This document shows positions 1 to 10,451 of a DNA stretch of 56,987 bases, piece by piece. Each line of letters begins with the position of its first letter. Position 1 is the stretch's first letter. Below the pieces are notes generated by a model, which worked only from the letters and a program-made list of their open reading frames with translations, was not told the origin of the DNA and ran no database searches. The DNA comes from an uncultured virus (IMG/VR IMGVR_UViG_3300029305_009261) (taxonomy: Duplodnaviria; Heunggongvirae; Uroviricota; Caudoviricetes), in IMG/VR virus record IMGVR_UViG_3300029305_009261; one strand, 5' to 3'. Both the position numbers and the translations under genes were made by a program.

Positions 1-159
1 TCAAAACGGACATATTTCCCATTCATAGACATTTCGTATCCACCCGGGCTAATATAGTCATCAGCAGTCAGAGGTCGATTAAAACGAATGCCTGCAGACA
101 TACTAAAATTAAGTTGATAACGGTTGTTCATTGGTAAAACCTCTAATTATTTTTTGAAA

Positions 160-339
160 CTACATAGATATATTGTGAACTCTAGGAAGTTCTTTGTTAT
201 TTTCTGGGTCAATTATCAGGTCCTTTTCAGAAGACCGTAAATATTCAGCCAATGTCATTTTCTTTGTATCAAAAGACATTCCTCTTCCAACAGACCCAAT
301 TACTAATATTTTTGAATAGTTTTTATTTGTTTTCTTCAT
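160..339 (-). CDS. 59-aa protein resembling a degenerate VirB4/TraE Walker-A fragment
   Basis: Hand-translated MKKTNKNYSKILVIGSVGRGMSF...LIIDPE...HNISM with GGAG RBS; below the ORF-track cutoff. Confidence 0.55.
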   Translation of the reverse strand: MKKTNKNYSKILVIGSVGRGMSFDTKKMTLAEYLRSSEKDLIIDPENNKELPRVHNISM

Positions 340-350
340 TCTTAAACTCC

Positions 351-1223
351 TTATTTCATAGTTGGTGGATTATTTTGCGCCAGTATATGGTCATGCTCTT
401 CTGCAAAAGTTTTCATTTTTTGGAACATTACTTTACTTCTAAGAAATGCTTCTAAACCAACTTCAAAACGGTTAATAAGATAAGCAATATCGTCAGCCGT
501 ATAATGAGCTTCCTCTGAAGCTTCATTTCGCATATCCGCCAATTCGTTTAGTGTATAGTTATTTACATAAAAATCTTCTAATAAAACTACAGAATTAGAG
601 TCAAGAGATAAAAGAAGTGCTTCAAAACATGTCTGGCTGAAAGCTTCTACCATAGCTTCTGTAACAGTTTCCTTTTTTTCCATAGCTTCTTTTAATTTTT
701 GTCTTAAATTTAGTTGTGGAGGAGCTATAAAAAGACCTTGAAATAATTCTGCTTTTGGGAAATCACCATAGCAAATTTTATATTGGTCACTATTTAAAAC
801 CATCTGAACGATAGGTTTTACTTGATTTTCCCAACTCAAATGACCGTTGGTACATCCGGGCATAGGAAGGTATACATTTCCGGAAATATTATTCTTTTTA
901 ATCGCTTTCTCTAATTGAAAACAACTTTGACGAATAAGATTTAAATCACTATCGTCTTTCCAATGGTGTTTTGTAGGAAAAGAAAATAAATGCACGGTTT
1001 TATTATCTATTTTTGCTTGCCCAAGATAATAAACTTGATTTCCTTTTTTAGAAACTAAAGTTCCTAAGAAAGTATCAAGACCTTCAAATTTATCTCGAAA
1101 AGTTTTTGCGATACCTGCTCCCATTACAAGAGCTCCATTTTGGCGGACCACACCATTAGTGGTGATACATAAAGCATCGCCATCTTTACAAGAGGAAAAC
1201 ATATTTTCATTTAATAATTGCAT
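351..1223 (-). CDS. Macro (ADP-ribose-binding/processing) domain protein with C-terminal extension
   Basis: ITTNG...VMGAGIAK...FPTK.HW...LPMPGCTNG.LSW motifs of phage-type macrodomains. Confidence 0.8.
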   Translation of the reverse strand: MQLLNENMFSSCKDGDALCITTNGVVRQNGALVMGAGIAKTFRDKFEGLDTFLGTLVSKKGNQVYYLGQAKIDNKTVHLFSFPTKHHWKDDSDLNLIRQSCFQLEKAIKKNNISGNVYLPMPGCTNGHLSWENQVKPIVQMVLNSDQYKICYGDFPKAELFQGLFIAPPQLNLRQKLKEAMEKKETVTEAMVEAFSQTCFEALLLSLDSNSVVLLEDFYVNNYTLNELADMRNEASEEAHYTADDIAYLINRFEVGLEAFLRSKVMFQKMKTFAEEHDHILAQNNPPTMK

Positions 1224-1297
1224 AAAAATACTCCTAAATAGTTAAAATTACATTGTTCTTGAAACATCTACTTATTATTTAATTTCTCCTGTTGAGT

Positions 1298-1558
1298 TTA
1301 CCTGTGAAAGATATTTTTATTTCTGTCTGTAGTGAAGAAATCTTCAAAATCCCACTCTTCACTATCTGGGAGCATATTTTTAATAAATTGAGTGATTTCT
1401 TCTTGTGTGTCAAAATGTTCATTGGCATATTTTACAATATTTTCAGCCGTATCAAGGAGTAACATATAGCTATAGCTATCATTATTTCTAGAATAATCTT
1501 TTTGAATATAATGAATACATTCTTCAACATCAAATGGAAAATCTCTTTTGGATAACAT
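1298..1558 (-). CDS. hypothetical protein
   Basis: ORF with GAGGA RBS in co-oriented block. Confidence 0.6.
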   Translation of the reverse strand: MLSKRDFPFDVEECIHYIQKDYSRNNDSYSYMLLLDTAENIVKYANEHFDTQEEITQFIKNMLPDSEEWDFEDFFTTDRNKNIFHR

Positions 1559-1585
1559 AATACAATCCTCTACTTTTAAAAATTC

Positions 1586-1942
1586 TTAAAACATGGTTGG
1601 AGCATTATATTGGGATTCTTTTTGTGCAGACCATTCGCAATAGGCTTCTCCATGAGAACAAAACCGTTCAATTAAACCTAGTGTAAAGGAATAAGAATAT
1701 CCAGTATGCCCACTATCTTTCATAAAATCATAAACTTGTTGGAATTTGTCTTCTGCCTCAGAAAAAAGAATTTCTTGAATTTCTAAAAGTTCTTTTATCA
1801 TTCTGGGATTTTCCAAATTCTTTGAAACAAACTCATACCAATTTGACCACTGGGATTCTGGGAAAAGCTTATAACCTTTTTCTAACCATTTTGGGATATT
1901 AAGAAGAAGGTCTTTTGAATAATTGTTTTTAAAAGTGTTCAT
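1586..1942 (-). CDS. hypothetical protein
   Basis: ORF with AAGGA RBS. Confidence 0.65.
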   Translation of the reverse strand: MNTFKNNYSKDLLLNIPKWLEKGYKLFPESQWSNWYEFVSKNLENPRMIKELLEIQEILFSEAEDKFQQVYDFMKDSGHTGYSYSFTLGLIERFCSHGEAYCEWSAQKESQYNAPTMF

Positions 1943-2108
1943 ATCTAAATTCCTTTGTTTTGAAAATACTCTTTTTATTTTTGGAAATAAAAATTTTGAT
2001 TAGGGTTACTCTATATTGTTTTTTATATTTAAGCAAATCGGAAAGCTATTTTCCTTGATTTGCCACAAAAACCATTGTATGCTATATTCATCAAATAATT
2101 TGAGGTGA

Positions 2109-2363
2109 TTGATTATGACAAATCTTGAAAGAATTAAAACGACTATATGCAATTCCATTTACTCTATGACAGAAGATAAACTATTTGAGTTTATCTCTGA
2201 ATATGAAGAGGATGAAGAGACGTATTTTCCAATTGGCACACTATTTACCTGTTCAAAATGTCATGAGTTATATGGAGATTGTGAAGCACATTATTCTGAT
2301 TCAGCTAAGTATAAAACATGTAAAAATAGATTTCATAACTATTGTAAATTGGAATGTGAATAA
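2109..2363 (+). CDS. small Cys-rich hypothetical protein (one of two plausible plus-strand genes)
   Basis: GAGGTG RBS; fills a gap between minus-strand genes; CxxC. Confidence 0.6.
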   Translation: MIMTNLERIKTTICNSIYSMTEDKLFEFISEYEEDEETYFPIGTLFTCSKCHELYGDCEAHYSDSAKYKTCKNRFHNYCKLECE

Positions 2364-2377
2364 TTTTTATATTTCCT

Positions 2378-3208
2378 TTATCGGAACATTGGCGGTGTAT
2401 ATACTTCATGTTCGTTTACGGAAGTTATGTCTATTGTTTTTGGAGGCATCTTTCCCAGAATTGGTAGACCAGATTCACATTTTGCTACAGGTTCCTGCTT
2501 AAACTGGTTTACCTTATGCATTCTGTCAATCTTTGCTTTGATTTCCATATCAGAAATTTCTCCGGTACGGATATATGGGTCTAGGTCTTTTTCATAGGAA
2601 AAACCAAAGTTATCTTCGTCACTCTTGTCAGTCAAACCATCCTTTGGGGTTTTTAAAACTAATCCCTGCGGAAGGAATGGACATGCTAAACCAATTTGTC
2701 TGACCTCAGTCACGGTATAATCCTTTAATGGAGCAAAGCTACCAAAACCATCTCCGCCATAGGTAGACCAGCCAATATAACATTCACTCAAATTACTGTT
2801 ACAGCTTGGCATTCCATTGCAGGTCTGGGCATAATAAAAAGTTTCTACCATACGAAGTCTGGCAGCTAAATTATTTTTGGCCTGTGTCGTAGGTTCAATA
2901 CCACTTTTTCTATTTTCTTCGATAATAGAATCAAACGTCGGTCCTATATTTACAATTTTGTAATCAATGCCTAAAGCCTTGACCAAGATTAAACTGCAGT
3001 CGATATCATCCTGAATGTGATTAGGCAGAAGAATTCCTTTTACTCTGTCTTTACCTAAAGCTTCAACACAAAGAGCTGCCACAATAGAGCTATCTTTCCC
3101 TCCACTAATAGCAATTACGGCATTTTTATCATTGCCATAAGTGTTAAATTTTTCTCTAATCCATTGAATAATATGAGCCTTATGTTCTCGTGCATCAAAT
3201 TCGTACAT
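2378..3208 (-). CDS. nadE: NH3-dependent NAD+ synthetase
   Basis: ISGGKDS PP-loop, NLAARLRM, SE.YIGWSTYGGD, TP.DGL..SDE motifs; start placed at the ATG after GGAGG. Confidence 0.9.
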   Translation of the reverse strand: MYEFDAREHKAHIIQWIREKFNTYGNDKNAVIAISGGKDSSIVAALCVEALGKDRVKGILLPNHIQDDIDCSLILVKALGIDYKIVNIGPTFDSIIEENRKSGIEPTTQAKNNLAARLRMVETFYYAQTCNGMPSCNSNLSECYIGWSTYGGDGFGSFAPLKDYTVTEVRQIGLACPFLPQGLVLKTPKDGLTDKSDEDNFGFSYEKDLDPYIRTGEISDMEIKAKIDRMHKVNQFKQEPVAKCESGLPILGKMPPKTIDITSVNEHEVYTPPMFR

Positions 3209-3430
3209 GATTTTAATCCTCCTTATTATCAAATGTCATTGGATTATAATTCATAATTACTACATTTGATACTGAATTTCGTGTGGCTATTTCTTGCTCA
3301 ATTTCTTTTAATTGTTCTAAGGAAGTAATCGGGTCAAGGGAGGAAATTTCTGCATTTCCATACCCCCAAATGTCTGCACTAGGAATTTGATACATAAATG
3401 ATATAAAATATTTCATATAAATTATCTCCT

Positions 3431-3688
3431 TTATCTACTAAGTGGAATATTTTCTTTTGGGTATTCTAAATCTCTAAGACATAGGTCGTTAATTGTAGCA
3501 ACAATAGATAAAAACTCTGAAATACGCAGAGTATGTAATTCTCCATCAATGGAGAGTTCTATATCGCTATATCTGAAATTTCCGTTTATCGATATAGCAA
3601 GTCCGGGTAAGGAAACAATTTCATATTCACGACCATCTATTAAATAGCCTCGCTTGCCTTTTTCGATAAATAAAGTTAAATCTTTCAT
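3431..3688 (-). CDS. hypothetical protein
   Basis: ORF with AGGAG RBS. Confidence 0.6.
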   Translation of the reverse strand: MKDLTLFIEKGKRGYLIDGREYEIVSLPGLAISINGNFRYSDIELSIDGELHTLRISEFLSIVATINDLCLRDLEYPKENIPLSR

Positions 3689-3702
3689 AAGCTTAATTCT
3701 CC

Positions 3703-4155
3703 TTATCGTGAAATAAAATTGTTTTGTACTTCTTTCTGACGTTTATCTATAACTGGAATTATGTCGACACCAATGGTAAGAGCTCTACATTCTTTCGGGC
3801 CGTAATTATATTCCGTAGCTCCATCAAAAAAGAGAGATTCTTTTACACAAAATGGGTTATCATCATCATTTTCTAGGGCTATCACAAATTCCCCAGATTC
3901 AAAGAAACCATGTGTGTCATGGATAACTTTATATCGTTGTCCATAGTGAGAAGATTCATAGTTTGATTTTAATAATTCTCGTTCTTCTTTATGTTCATAC
4001 AAATAATCCAATAATTTATTTACATCAGAATCGACAAAAAAATCAAAAAGTTCGTTAATGTCTCCGTTTTCTGACTTAATAAGGTATAGCTCTTTTAAAG
4101 CTGCTTCTGCTGAAAATTCCATATAAAAATCCTTCATCTTGTAAGTACATGACAT
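3703..4155 (-). CDS. hypothetical protein
   Basis: ORF in co-oriented block. Confidence 0.6.
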   Translation of the reverse strand: MSCTYKMKDFYMEFSAEAALKELYLIKSENGDINELFDFFVDSDVNKLLDYLYEHKEERELLKSNYESSHYGQRYKVIHDTHGFFESGEFVIALENDDDNPFCVKESLFFDGATEYNYGPKECRALTIGVDIIPVIDKRQKEVQNNFISR

Positions 4156-4721
4156 GTTTCTTTAGTATTCTCTTCTTTTAGAGATTGTTGAAAAAGTTTT
4201 CTAGCTTCTTGACCCCACTGGTATTTATGAGAAATATCTTTCAATTTTTTTACAAATAACCGTCTGGATAAATCATCGCCAGTTAAGTTTTTTGTTTTTA
4301 TCCATTGATAGCGACCATTTTCTCCCCAAATCGTATGTTTCATCAATAGTTGGGCATCTTCAGCACCATCGATATCTAACTCTCTTAATTCTTTTGTTAT
4401 AGGGAAGAACGGCTCAATGTAAGACATTTCATTTATAATTTTGTTAACAAAATAAACGTCGAACCAAAAATGAACATATTCTGTCTCTACATGCAGTTCT
4501 TCGTTTTCAGCTACGACAGGCGTTTTCAATTTTGCGTATCCTGTCAAACTTCTAAAATTACCTGAGGGATTATCGTCTAAACTAGCTGCTAAAACTGTAA
4601 CCTCATCTGTAGAAAGCTCTTGTAATAAGGAAGGGGAGATTAACTTATCTGGGTAAGTTCTATTCATGATTTTAAGAAGTAGTTGCTCAGTTTGTTCTGA
4701 ATTTGTTTTATAGTATTTCAT
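4134..4721 (-). CDS. hypothetical protein, paralog family A
   Basis: Shares LST..V.V..A.L, L.GYA and L.G.DL..RLF with 4729..5331 and 15007..15606. Confidence 0.7.
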   Translation of the reverse strand: MKYYKTNSEQTEQLLLKIMNRTYPDKLISPSLLQELSTDEVTVLAASLDDNPSGNFRSLTGYAKLKTPVVAENEELHVETEYVHFWFDVYFVNKIINEMSYIEPFFPITKELRELDIDGAEDAQLLMKHTIWGENGRYQWIKTKNLTGDDLSRRLFVKKLKDISHKYQWGQEARKLFQQSLKEENTKETCHVLTR

Positions 4722-4728
4722 ACTTACT

Positions 4729-5331
4729 TTATCTTATTGTAATTACAGTTTGTGTTTCTTTAACGTTTTCCTTTTCCCATTGTTGAAAAAGTTTTTTCAG
4801 TTGTTGGCCCCATTGTTGCTCTCTGGAAACTTTCTGGACTTGCTGAATAAATAAGCGGCAATCCAAATCATCTCCGGACAATGTGTTTGTAGGAGTATGT
4901 ATCCAAAATCCTTTGGAGCCCCAAGGGTTTCCGTCTAATAGATGTTGAGCCTTAAACCAATTTCGATACCCTACATCCGGCACACAATCTAGAATAGGAA
5001 AAGCAGCTTCTATGGATTGCATATTATTTGTGATGCGATAGGTATCATAAGAATTGCAAATTTTATAGAAAAATTTAATATAGCTGGTTTCTGCTTGTAT
5101 CTGTTCAGACGCCGAAATAATTGGATTTGCAACTTTGGCATAACCAATTAGAGTTCCTGCAGTAGATTCGTGTTTATTTCCAAGAAAAGCACAAATAACT
5201 TTTACATTCTCTGTTGAGAGTTGGTCAGTTATTGTTTTGGGTAATAAAGTGGAATAACCTTGTAATACGGTGGGGAAAAATTTTTCCGCTTCTTTTTCAT
5301 TTATTCTATAGGTATTCATTATAAAAATCAC
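4729..5331 (-). CDS. hypothetical protein, paralog family A
   Basis: Tandem paralog of 4134..4721. Confidence 0.7.
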   Translation of the reverse strand: MIFIMNTYRINEKEAEKFFPTVLQGYSTLLPKTITDQLSTENVKVICAFLGNKHESTAGTLIGYAKVANPIISASEQIQAETSYIKFFYKICNSYDTYRITNNMQSIEAAFPILDCVPDVGYRNWFKAQHLLDGNPWGSKGFWIHTPTNTLSGDDLDCRLFIQQVQKVSREQQWGQQLKKLFQQWEKENVKETQTVITIR

Positions 5332-5787
5332 TTATATTTGGAATTGCTCTGGCGGATTATGAGACCGTTTATCTGTATTGGTCTTGCTTGGATTGTCAAC
5401 AATTTTTTGATAGATTTTTTCGTAATCTGACCAAATAAATGTATCATCGTTAAAATGATTTTTAATATACTCATATATCGAAATAAACTTCTGAAGTTCT
5501 TCTTCAGATAATCGAAACACATGAGGCAGGTCTAAATATACATCAGGATATTCTTTATGCTGGCGTATATGTTCTTCAACGTCTGCACCACCTGTCCAAT
5601 AATCATAGCTGTCGACTCTGGCTAAAAGTTCTATTGTTTTAAGAAAATCAACCATATAGTTTTCTTTTGATTTTTGAAAACCAGTATAGCCCCATTTATG
5701 TTGAAGTTGAACTAATACTTCATGGAGTTCATTTTCTGGAAGTTCTGCAAGTATATTTCCAAGATGTTTTAATTCATTAGATTTCAT
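5332..5787 (-). CDS. hypothetical protein
   Basis: ORF with AAGGA RBS. Confidence 0.6.
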   Translation of the reverse strand: MKSNELKHLGNILAELPENELHEVLVQLQHKWGYTGFQKSKENYMVDFLKTIELLARVDSYDYWTGGADVEEHIRQHKEYPDVYLDLPHVFRLSEEELQKFISIYEYIKNHFNDDTFIWSDYEKIYQKIVDNPSKTNTDKRSHNPPEQFQI

Positions 5788-5854
5788 AACAAATTCCTTA
5801 ATTATAGGGTTTGTGATATAGTTTCTTTATTGATAGGTCTTCCATCAAAAGGTT

Positions 5855-6139
5855 CTACATCAATAAATTTTTCTTTTTAGGAAAGGTTTCCCATATCTCA
5901 TTCCAAAATTGGTCATCTTCATTTTGAATATAATCAAGAGCTTGTTCTTTGGAACAATTTAGCGTTTTAGTTACATAATCTACAAAATATTTTTCAAAAG
6001 AAATCCCATTTGTAAAGTCGAATTGTTTCACTATAGAAACAGGAATCTTTAATATCTTGTCATACATTATCGTTGAAATCATGGGTTGAGGGATTTCGAC
6101 AATGGCTATAGTGCCTTTATCAATAGTGGAATATAACAT
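5855..6139 (-). CDS. hypothetical protein
   Basis: ORF in co-oriented block. Confidence 0.55.
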   Translation of the reverse strand: MLYSTIDKGTIAIVEIPQPMISTIMYDKILKIPVSIVKQFDFTNGISFEKYFVDYVTKTLNCSKEQALDYIQNEDDQFWNEIWETFPKKKNLLM

Positions 6140-6179
6140 GAGAAACGCCTGCCTTTCAAAAACGGGATGTAAAAAATCT

Positions 6180-7061
6180 TCAATTACTAAAATACTGTTT
6201 CGTAGTTAGTTCTTCGGATAGCAAAGTTCTGGTCTTGTCATATGGTTCAATGATTTTCCATTCGATATGAGAATCTGCTATTCCATATCCTTCTCCAAGA
6301 CCTTGTAACCAAAAGCTGCCACGTTTATAATCCCAAGTAACTCTTGCTTGAAAACCATTACAGCCTTCTTCTACAATATCTCCAACATAGATTGGATTTC
6401 CGTATATATCTTTAAATCCAGTATTATCTCCTTCTTTTGGGGAATAAATTCTAACAGGTTCTTTTTCAATAATTTTTGTAGAGACAGCATAAACGTCATT
6501 CATAGATATAGCTTTCTCAAAGATTTCTTCATCTGTCATGTGATTTACATTATAGCCAGCTACTCGAAGACCAATTCTCGCATATTTAATATCGACAGAA
6601 AGTTCTGCTGTTTTTGTTATTGTTTTATTAGATGGTTCAATTAGAAGTTGTAATGCTTTTTCATATTTTTTTACTCGCTGATAATCTTTCTCATTGATAT
6701 GCAATAATCTGGATAAATCACTATTATGTTTTAAATCTGCAATTTTTACTTTTGTAGCAAGAGGATTTTTCTTGATTTCATGAATATAATCCATATAAGG
6801 GACTGATTTATCATGAGTAAGTAAGGAAACGGCTTCGATTACTTCTTCCGGGAAACCAAGCTCTCGTAAATCACTTAAAGTAACATCAGTATCCTCTAGA
6901 ACATCATGTAATAAAGCAACGCAGGTAGAGTATTCATCATCCATTTGCTCTGCCACATGAAGAGGGTGTAAAATATAAGGGAGATAACTTTTATCTGTTT
7001 GAGTTTCGTGAGAATTATATGCAACTTGCATTGCTTTTTGTGTTAGTTTTGTATATATCAT
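6180..7061 (-). CDS. HD-domain small alarmone hydrolase-like (RelA/SpoT HD) protein fused to a YopX-like C-terminal domain
   Basis: H..Q.DK...PYILHP..VA...ALLHDV.ED...VKIADL.HN; C-terminal TGFKD..G.PIY.GDIV. Confidence 0.8.
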   Translation of the reverse strand: MIYTKLTQKAMQVAYNSHETQTDKSYLPYILHPLHVAEQMDDEYSTCVALLHDVLEDTDVTLSDLRELGFPEEVIEAVSLLTHDKSVPYMDYIHEIKKNPLATKVKIADLKHNSDLSRLLHINEKDYQRVKKYEKALQLLIEPSNKTITKTAELSVDIKYARIGLRVAGYNVNHMTDEEIFEKAISMNDVYAVSTKIIEKEPVRIYSPKEGDNTGFKDIYGNPIYVGDIVEEGCNGFQARVTWDYKRGSFWLQGLGEGYGIADSHIEWKIIEPYDKTRTLLSEELTTKQYFSN

Positions 7062-7091
7062 AATAACTATTCCTATTGAAAATACATATTA

Positions 7092-7781
7092 TTATCGAAA
7101 AGCAATTGATTCTGTTTTGGAAGATTCTAAATATGGACGAATGACTTTCGATTCTGTATAGATATCTCGGATACCAAACCCATGACCATAATCACCTAGC
7201 CAAAAAGCATTTTTTTGTTCGTTCCAAACAACTTCTGCTTCAAATCCAGTAAAAGAATCTTCTATAATATCTCCGACACAAATAGGATGACCTTCAGTGT
7301 CGACATATCCGGTAGCAGTTCCTTTTTGATAAGAGGTCGAGAATCCTTTAGAATCAGGTTGATTTATTTTCTCAATAATATAGTCCATTTTTTGACCAAG
7401 CTCACAACCAATATCATGAAGCTGTTCTATCGCAATATCTCGTTCCCATCGCACTTGGTCATAAGCTTTTCCTTTTGACAATAAAATTTCTTGTTCAGTG
7501 AAGCTATCTTTAGTAAAATTTTTAAAAGATTTTCTAAATCTACGTGCGAGTTCTAAAAACAGTTCTGTTTCGATTTCTTGTAAAGAATAAGGCTCTTCTC
7601 GTTTAGAATAACGATTTACATAATCTAACAGCATCTCAGTGCTTATATTTGTTAATTTACCAGTTTTTCTATAATCCATAAAACCATCAAACACATCAAA
7701 TAAAGTTTCTGTTCTAATGGTAGAAAAATATCTTTCAAAATTAAAAGTCATAAGTAGCTCCTTTTTAGGTAGTAAATACAT
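7092..7781 (-). CDS. hypothetical protein with YopX-like C-terminal domain
   Basis: TGYVD.EG.PICVGDII, similar to the C-terminus of the adjacent gene. Confidence 0.65.
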   Translation of the reverse strand: MYLLPKKELLMTFNFERYFSTIRTETLFDVFDGFMDYRKTGKLTNISTEMLLDYVNRYSKREEPYSLQEIETELFLELARRFRKSFKNFTKDSFTEQEILLSKGKAYDQVRWERDIAIEQLHDIGCELGQKMDYIIEKINQPDSKGFSTSYQKGTATGYVDTEGHPICVGDIIEDSFTGFEAEVVWNEQKNAFWLGDYGHGFGIRDIYTESKVIRPYLESSKTESIAFR

Positions 7782-7795
7782 ATTGTTTTTATACT

Positions 7796-7825
7796 TATTA
7801 GCTAACTTTTGGTTTAAGTTTTAGG
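7796..7825 (-). promoter_or_regulatory. element-specific promoter-like motif, copy 1
   Basis: CCTAAAACTTAAACCAAAAGTTAGCTAATA directly after a terminator hairpin. Confidence 0.75.
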
Positions 7826-7861
7826 AATAAAAATAAAGCCCACATTGCTGTGAGCTTTTAT

Positions 7862-8401
7862 TTAATACCGTGTTTGCATGAATTGTACTTTTTCGTAATT
7901 ATTTAATATTTCAATAGCTTTTTGGATATGAGACCGTCGTAAACCTCCGTCAAAATAAGAAGATTGAACCCAATGATTTTCATATCCGTAATCTGTCCAT
8001 TGCCAGTTTTCATCATCCAAGATAACAAAATTATCAACGTCATGTTCTTTTAGCCATTGTTGAATCTCAGCACCTCTTCCTGTGCCATACTTAATTTTAA
8101 ACTCAGGCAAATCTTCTAAAGTTGTTTCTGCTATCCAATCAGGAACATCTCCTGAACATTGTGGAGGAATATAGGAAGTTTTACCAATCACTTCTATATC
8201 ATTACTAAGTAATGTTTGTAATAACATTTCATACCAGACATCATTGAGTCTCCAACTAGAACTAATTACAACTTTAGCATCGGTGCATTCACAAAGTTCT
8301 TTTATCAATTGGATTTTAGCGAGGTCAATATTATCGGTTTCTGGATTTCGATAAGAGCTATAAGTAAGTTCTCCGTCCACATCAAGAAAAACGACTTTCA
8401 T
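7862..8401 (-). CDS. HAD-superfamily hydrolase (Swiss-army-knife RNA-repair-like HAD)
   Basis: FLDVDG, VISSSWR, RG.EI..WL, FVILDD. Confidence 0.8.
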   Translation of the reverse strand: MKVVFLDVDGELTYSSYRNPETDNIDLAKIQLIKELCECTDAKVVISSSWRLNDVWYEMLLQTLLSNDIEVIGKTSYIPPQCSGDVPDWIAETTLEDLPEFKIKYGTGRGAEIQQWLKEHDVDNFVILDDENWQWTDYGYENHWVQSSYFDGGLRRSHIQKAIEILNNYEKVQFMQTRY

Positions 8402-8411
8402 TTTTAAACAC

Positions 8412-9047
8412 CTACCGTTTCAGAGTTAATGAATTTGATTTTTCCAATAGATAATGATACACTGGCGGTGGGACTAATTCTTCGATTTGGTCAAAATCAT
8501 TTTGATAAAATGCTTCTCGGATATTTGTTGCAGAAATTTGTGAAAATTTGCTATCCATTTCAATTGGAGTAAAACAGTTTTGATGTTTTAAGACAAAGGA
8601 AGAAGCTTCTGCTGTTATTGTTTTTCCGTTTCGATTTACCACTAGAATTGGGGTAGTCGCCAATAAATCTTCAATATGGAACCAACGTTCCAGCTTTTTT
8701 AAATTATCTTGTCCAATACATAAAGAAACTTTGTCATATTTAAAGAAGTTTCTAATATACTCAATTGTATTATAGGTATAGCCGTCTACAGTACCATCAA
8801 CTTCAATCGAAGCTACGTAAAATTTACGGTCTGCATCAATAAGAGATAAGCTCTTTTTTAGTAATTGGCAGCGTTCTTCTCCAGTTAGAAATACAGTTCC
8901 TTTTAACTTTTTATAAGAGTATCGGTCAGTACTTGGCACATACCAAATATCTGCTTCTGGATATTTTTCATGTAATGTAAGCCCCATAGCAATATGAGCT
9001 TCTGTTACCGGGTTAAATGTTCCGGGGATAATAATTGCTGTTCTCAT
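8412..9047 (-). CDS. nadD: nicotinate/nicotinamide-nucleotide adenylyltransferase
   Basis: GTFNPVTEAH, YTYNT, IGQDN...W, ISATNIR, VPPPV motifs. Confidence 0.85.
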   Translation of the reverse strand: MRTAIIIPGTFNPVTEAHIAMGLTLHEKYPEADIWYVPSTDRYSYKKLKGTVFLTGEERCQLLKKSLSLIDADRKFYVASIEVDGTVDGYTYNTIEYIRNFFKYDKVSLCIGQDNLKKLERWFHIEDLLATTPILVVNRNGKTITAEASSFVLKHQNCFTPIEMDSKFSQISATNIREAFYQNDFDQIEELVPPPVYHYLLEKSNSLTLKR

Positions 9048-9408
9048 TAACTAACTCCTTTTCTTCGCTCAATAAAGAATAAATGTTTGATAAAGTTGTT
9101 TTATCTAGACCATGAATCTTTTTAATAAATAGTCTGATGAGATGCTTTTCTTTCTCTGAAAACGAGCTTATATCAATCAAACCCCCAGAAATTGCATCAT
9201 TAAAACATTCTTCGAATTCTTCTAAATTATCTTCAAGCTTGTAAGCTTCGATTATTTGTTGTTTCCAGTGTTTTGGTGGTTTAGAGTCTCCGTGTTCTAC
9301 TCGTGATAAAAATGCAGAAGATACATTAAGTCGTTGAGCCATATCTGAAAGCTTTTCATTTTCATCAATTCTTAATTTTCTGCAAAATTTTCCGAATTCC
9401 GTAAGCAT
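9013..9408 (-). CDS. XRE-family HTH regulator
   Basis: MLTEFGK..RKLR...DMA..L.VSSAFLS.VE.G. Confidence 0.8.
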   Translation of the reverse strand: MLTEFGKFCRKLRIDENEKLSDMAQRLNVSSAFLSRVEHGDSKPPKHWKQQIIEAYKLEDNLEEFEECFNDAISGGLIDISSFSEKEKHLIRLFIKKIHGLDKTTLSNIYSLLSEEKELVNENSNYYPRNI

Positions 9409-9423
9409 AGAACATCTCCTTTC

Positions 9424-9930
9424 TTAAAGAGTATGACTAAAGTTATCGAACATTATTTTTATCGGGTCTTTAAAGTATTGCGGTTCTGGGTATAAGGCCA
9501 TATAGATTTCGCGTTCTTTTTCAGATAAAGACCTTATAAATTTACCAAAAGCCATTCCATAGTCTTCTCCACGCCCCATTCTCCAGCCCATGGTTCCTCG
9601 TGGATATAAAGGAAATACTATCCAAGGAGGTAAAACAGCTTTTAATTCAGGGATGTTATTTTTCATTATGAAAGAACAAGTTTTTTCTGCATATTCTTCT
9701 AATACTTTTAGATATTTAGAAATTGTTTCAATAACATCTTCTGGCAAATTCCAATTTTCTTCATTTAGAGCAAATTCTGCTGGGTTTTTTAATGGAAGAT
9801 GATGTGCCCACGAGAATAAATAATCACTATGTTGTATTTTCTCATTGATACAAAATTTTTGGATATAGTCAGATTTTGCAATTAAATCTTGAATTTCAAA
9901 AGGGGTATAATAATTATGGAATAATATCAT
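9424..9930 (-). CDS. hypothetical protein with PPW..GWRMG.GE.Y domain
   Basis: Motif PPWIVFP...GWRMGRGEDY; paralog of 9960..10433. Confidence 0.65.
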   Translation of the reverse strand: MILFHNYYTPFEIQDLIAKSDYIQKFCINEKIQHSDYLFSWAHHLPLKNPAEFALNEENWNLPEDVIETISKYLKVLEEYAEKTCSFIMKNNIPELKAVLPPWIVFPLYPRGTMGWRMGRGEDYGMAFGKFIRSLSEKEREIYMALYPEPQYFKDPIKIMFDNFSHTL

Positions 9931-9959
9931 GTCAAGTGCTCCTTACCTTTCTATATAGT

Positions 9960-10433
9960 TCATTCAAAATATTCTGGGATTGGATAAAGTTTTTGATAAT
10001 TATTTAACTCTTTTTCAGAAAGGGATTTTAAAAATTTTTGATAAGCTTTAAAATAAAACTCTCCTTTACCTTGATTCCAATATATTTCGTCTTTAGGAAA
10101 TAAAGGAAATACTATCCATGGTGGCAAGACCTGCTTTAAAAGAGGAAGTTTATCATCAATAACAATATCCGATGAAATTGTTCCGGCATATTGGTCTAAT
10201 TCTCTCCAATAAAAACATATTTTTCTGCTTTCTTTTGTTGTTAAATCCCAATTGTTTGGCTCTAAAATACTTCCATTTTTATCTTTTAGCGGGAGGTGAT
10301 GACACCATTTAAATAATGTCGCCGAATAAATTTCTTTTTCATTAACACAAAAACTTTGAATATAATGGGATTTATCAACAAGGTCTTTGATATTAAAGGA
10401 ATAAGAGTCCTTTTTAAGGTTCTTTTTAAACAT
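9960..10433 (-). CDS. paralog of 9424..9930
   Basis: Shared YIQ.FC.NEK, HHLPLK, PPWIVFPL. Confidence 0.65.
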   Translation of the reverse strand: MFKKNLKKDSYSFNIKDLVDKSHYIQSFCVNEKEIYSATLFKWCHHLPLKDKNGSILEPNNWDLTTKESRKICFYWRELDQYAGTISSDIVIDDKLPLLKQVLPPWIVFPLFPKDEIYWNQGKGEFYFKAYQKFLKSLSEKELNNYQKLYPIPEYFE

Positions 10434-10451
10434 CAGAGCATCCTTTCTCTT

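Noticed and set aside
2011..2041. Ninth copy of the promoter motif (CCGATTTGCTTAAATATA...)
   Set aside because: Spacing is off and the AGCTAATA box is missing.
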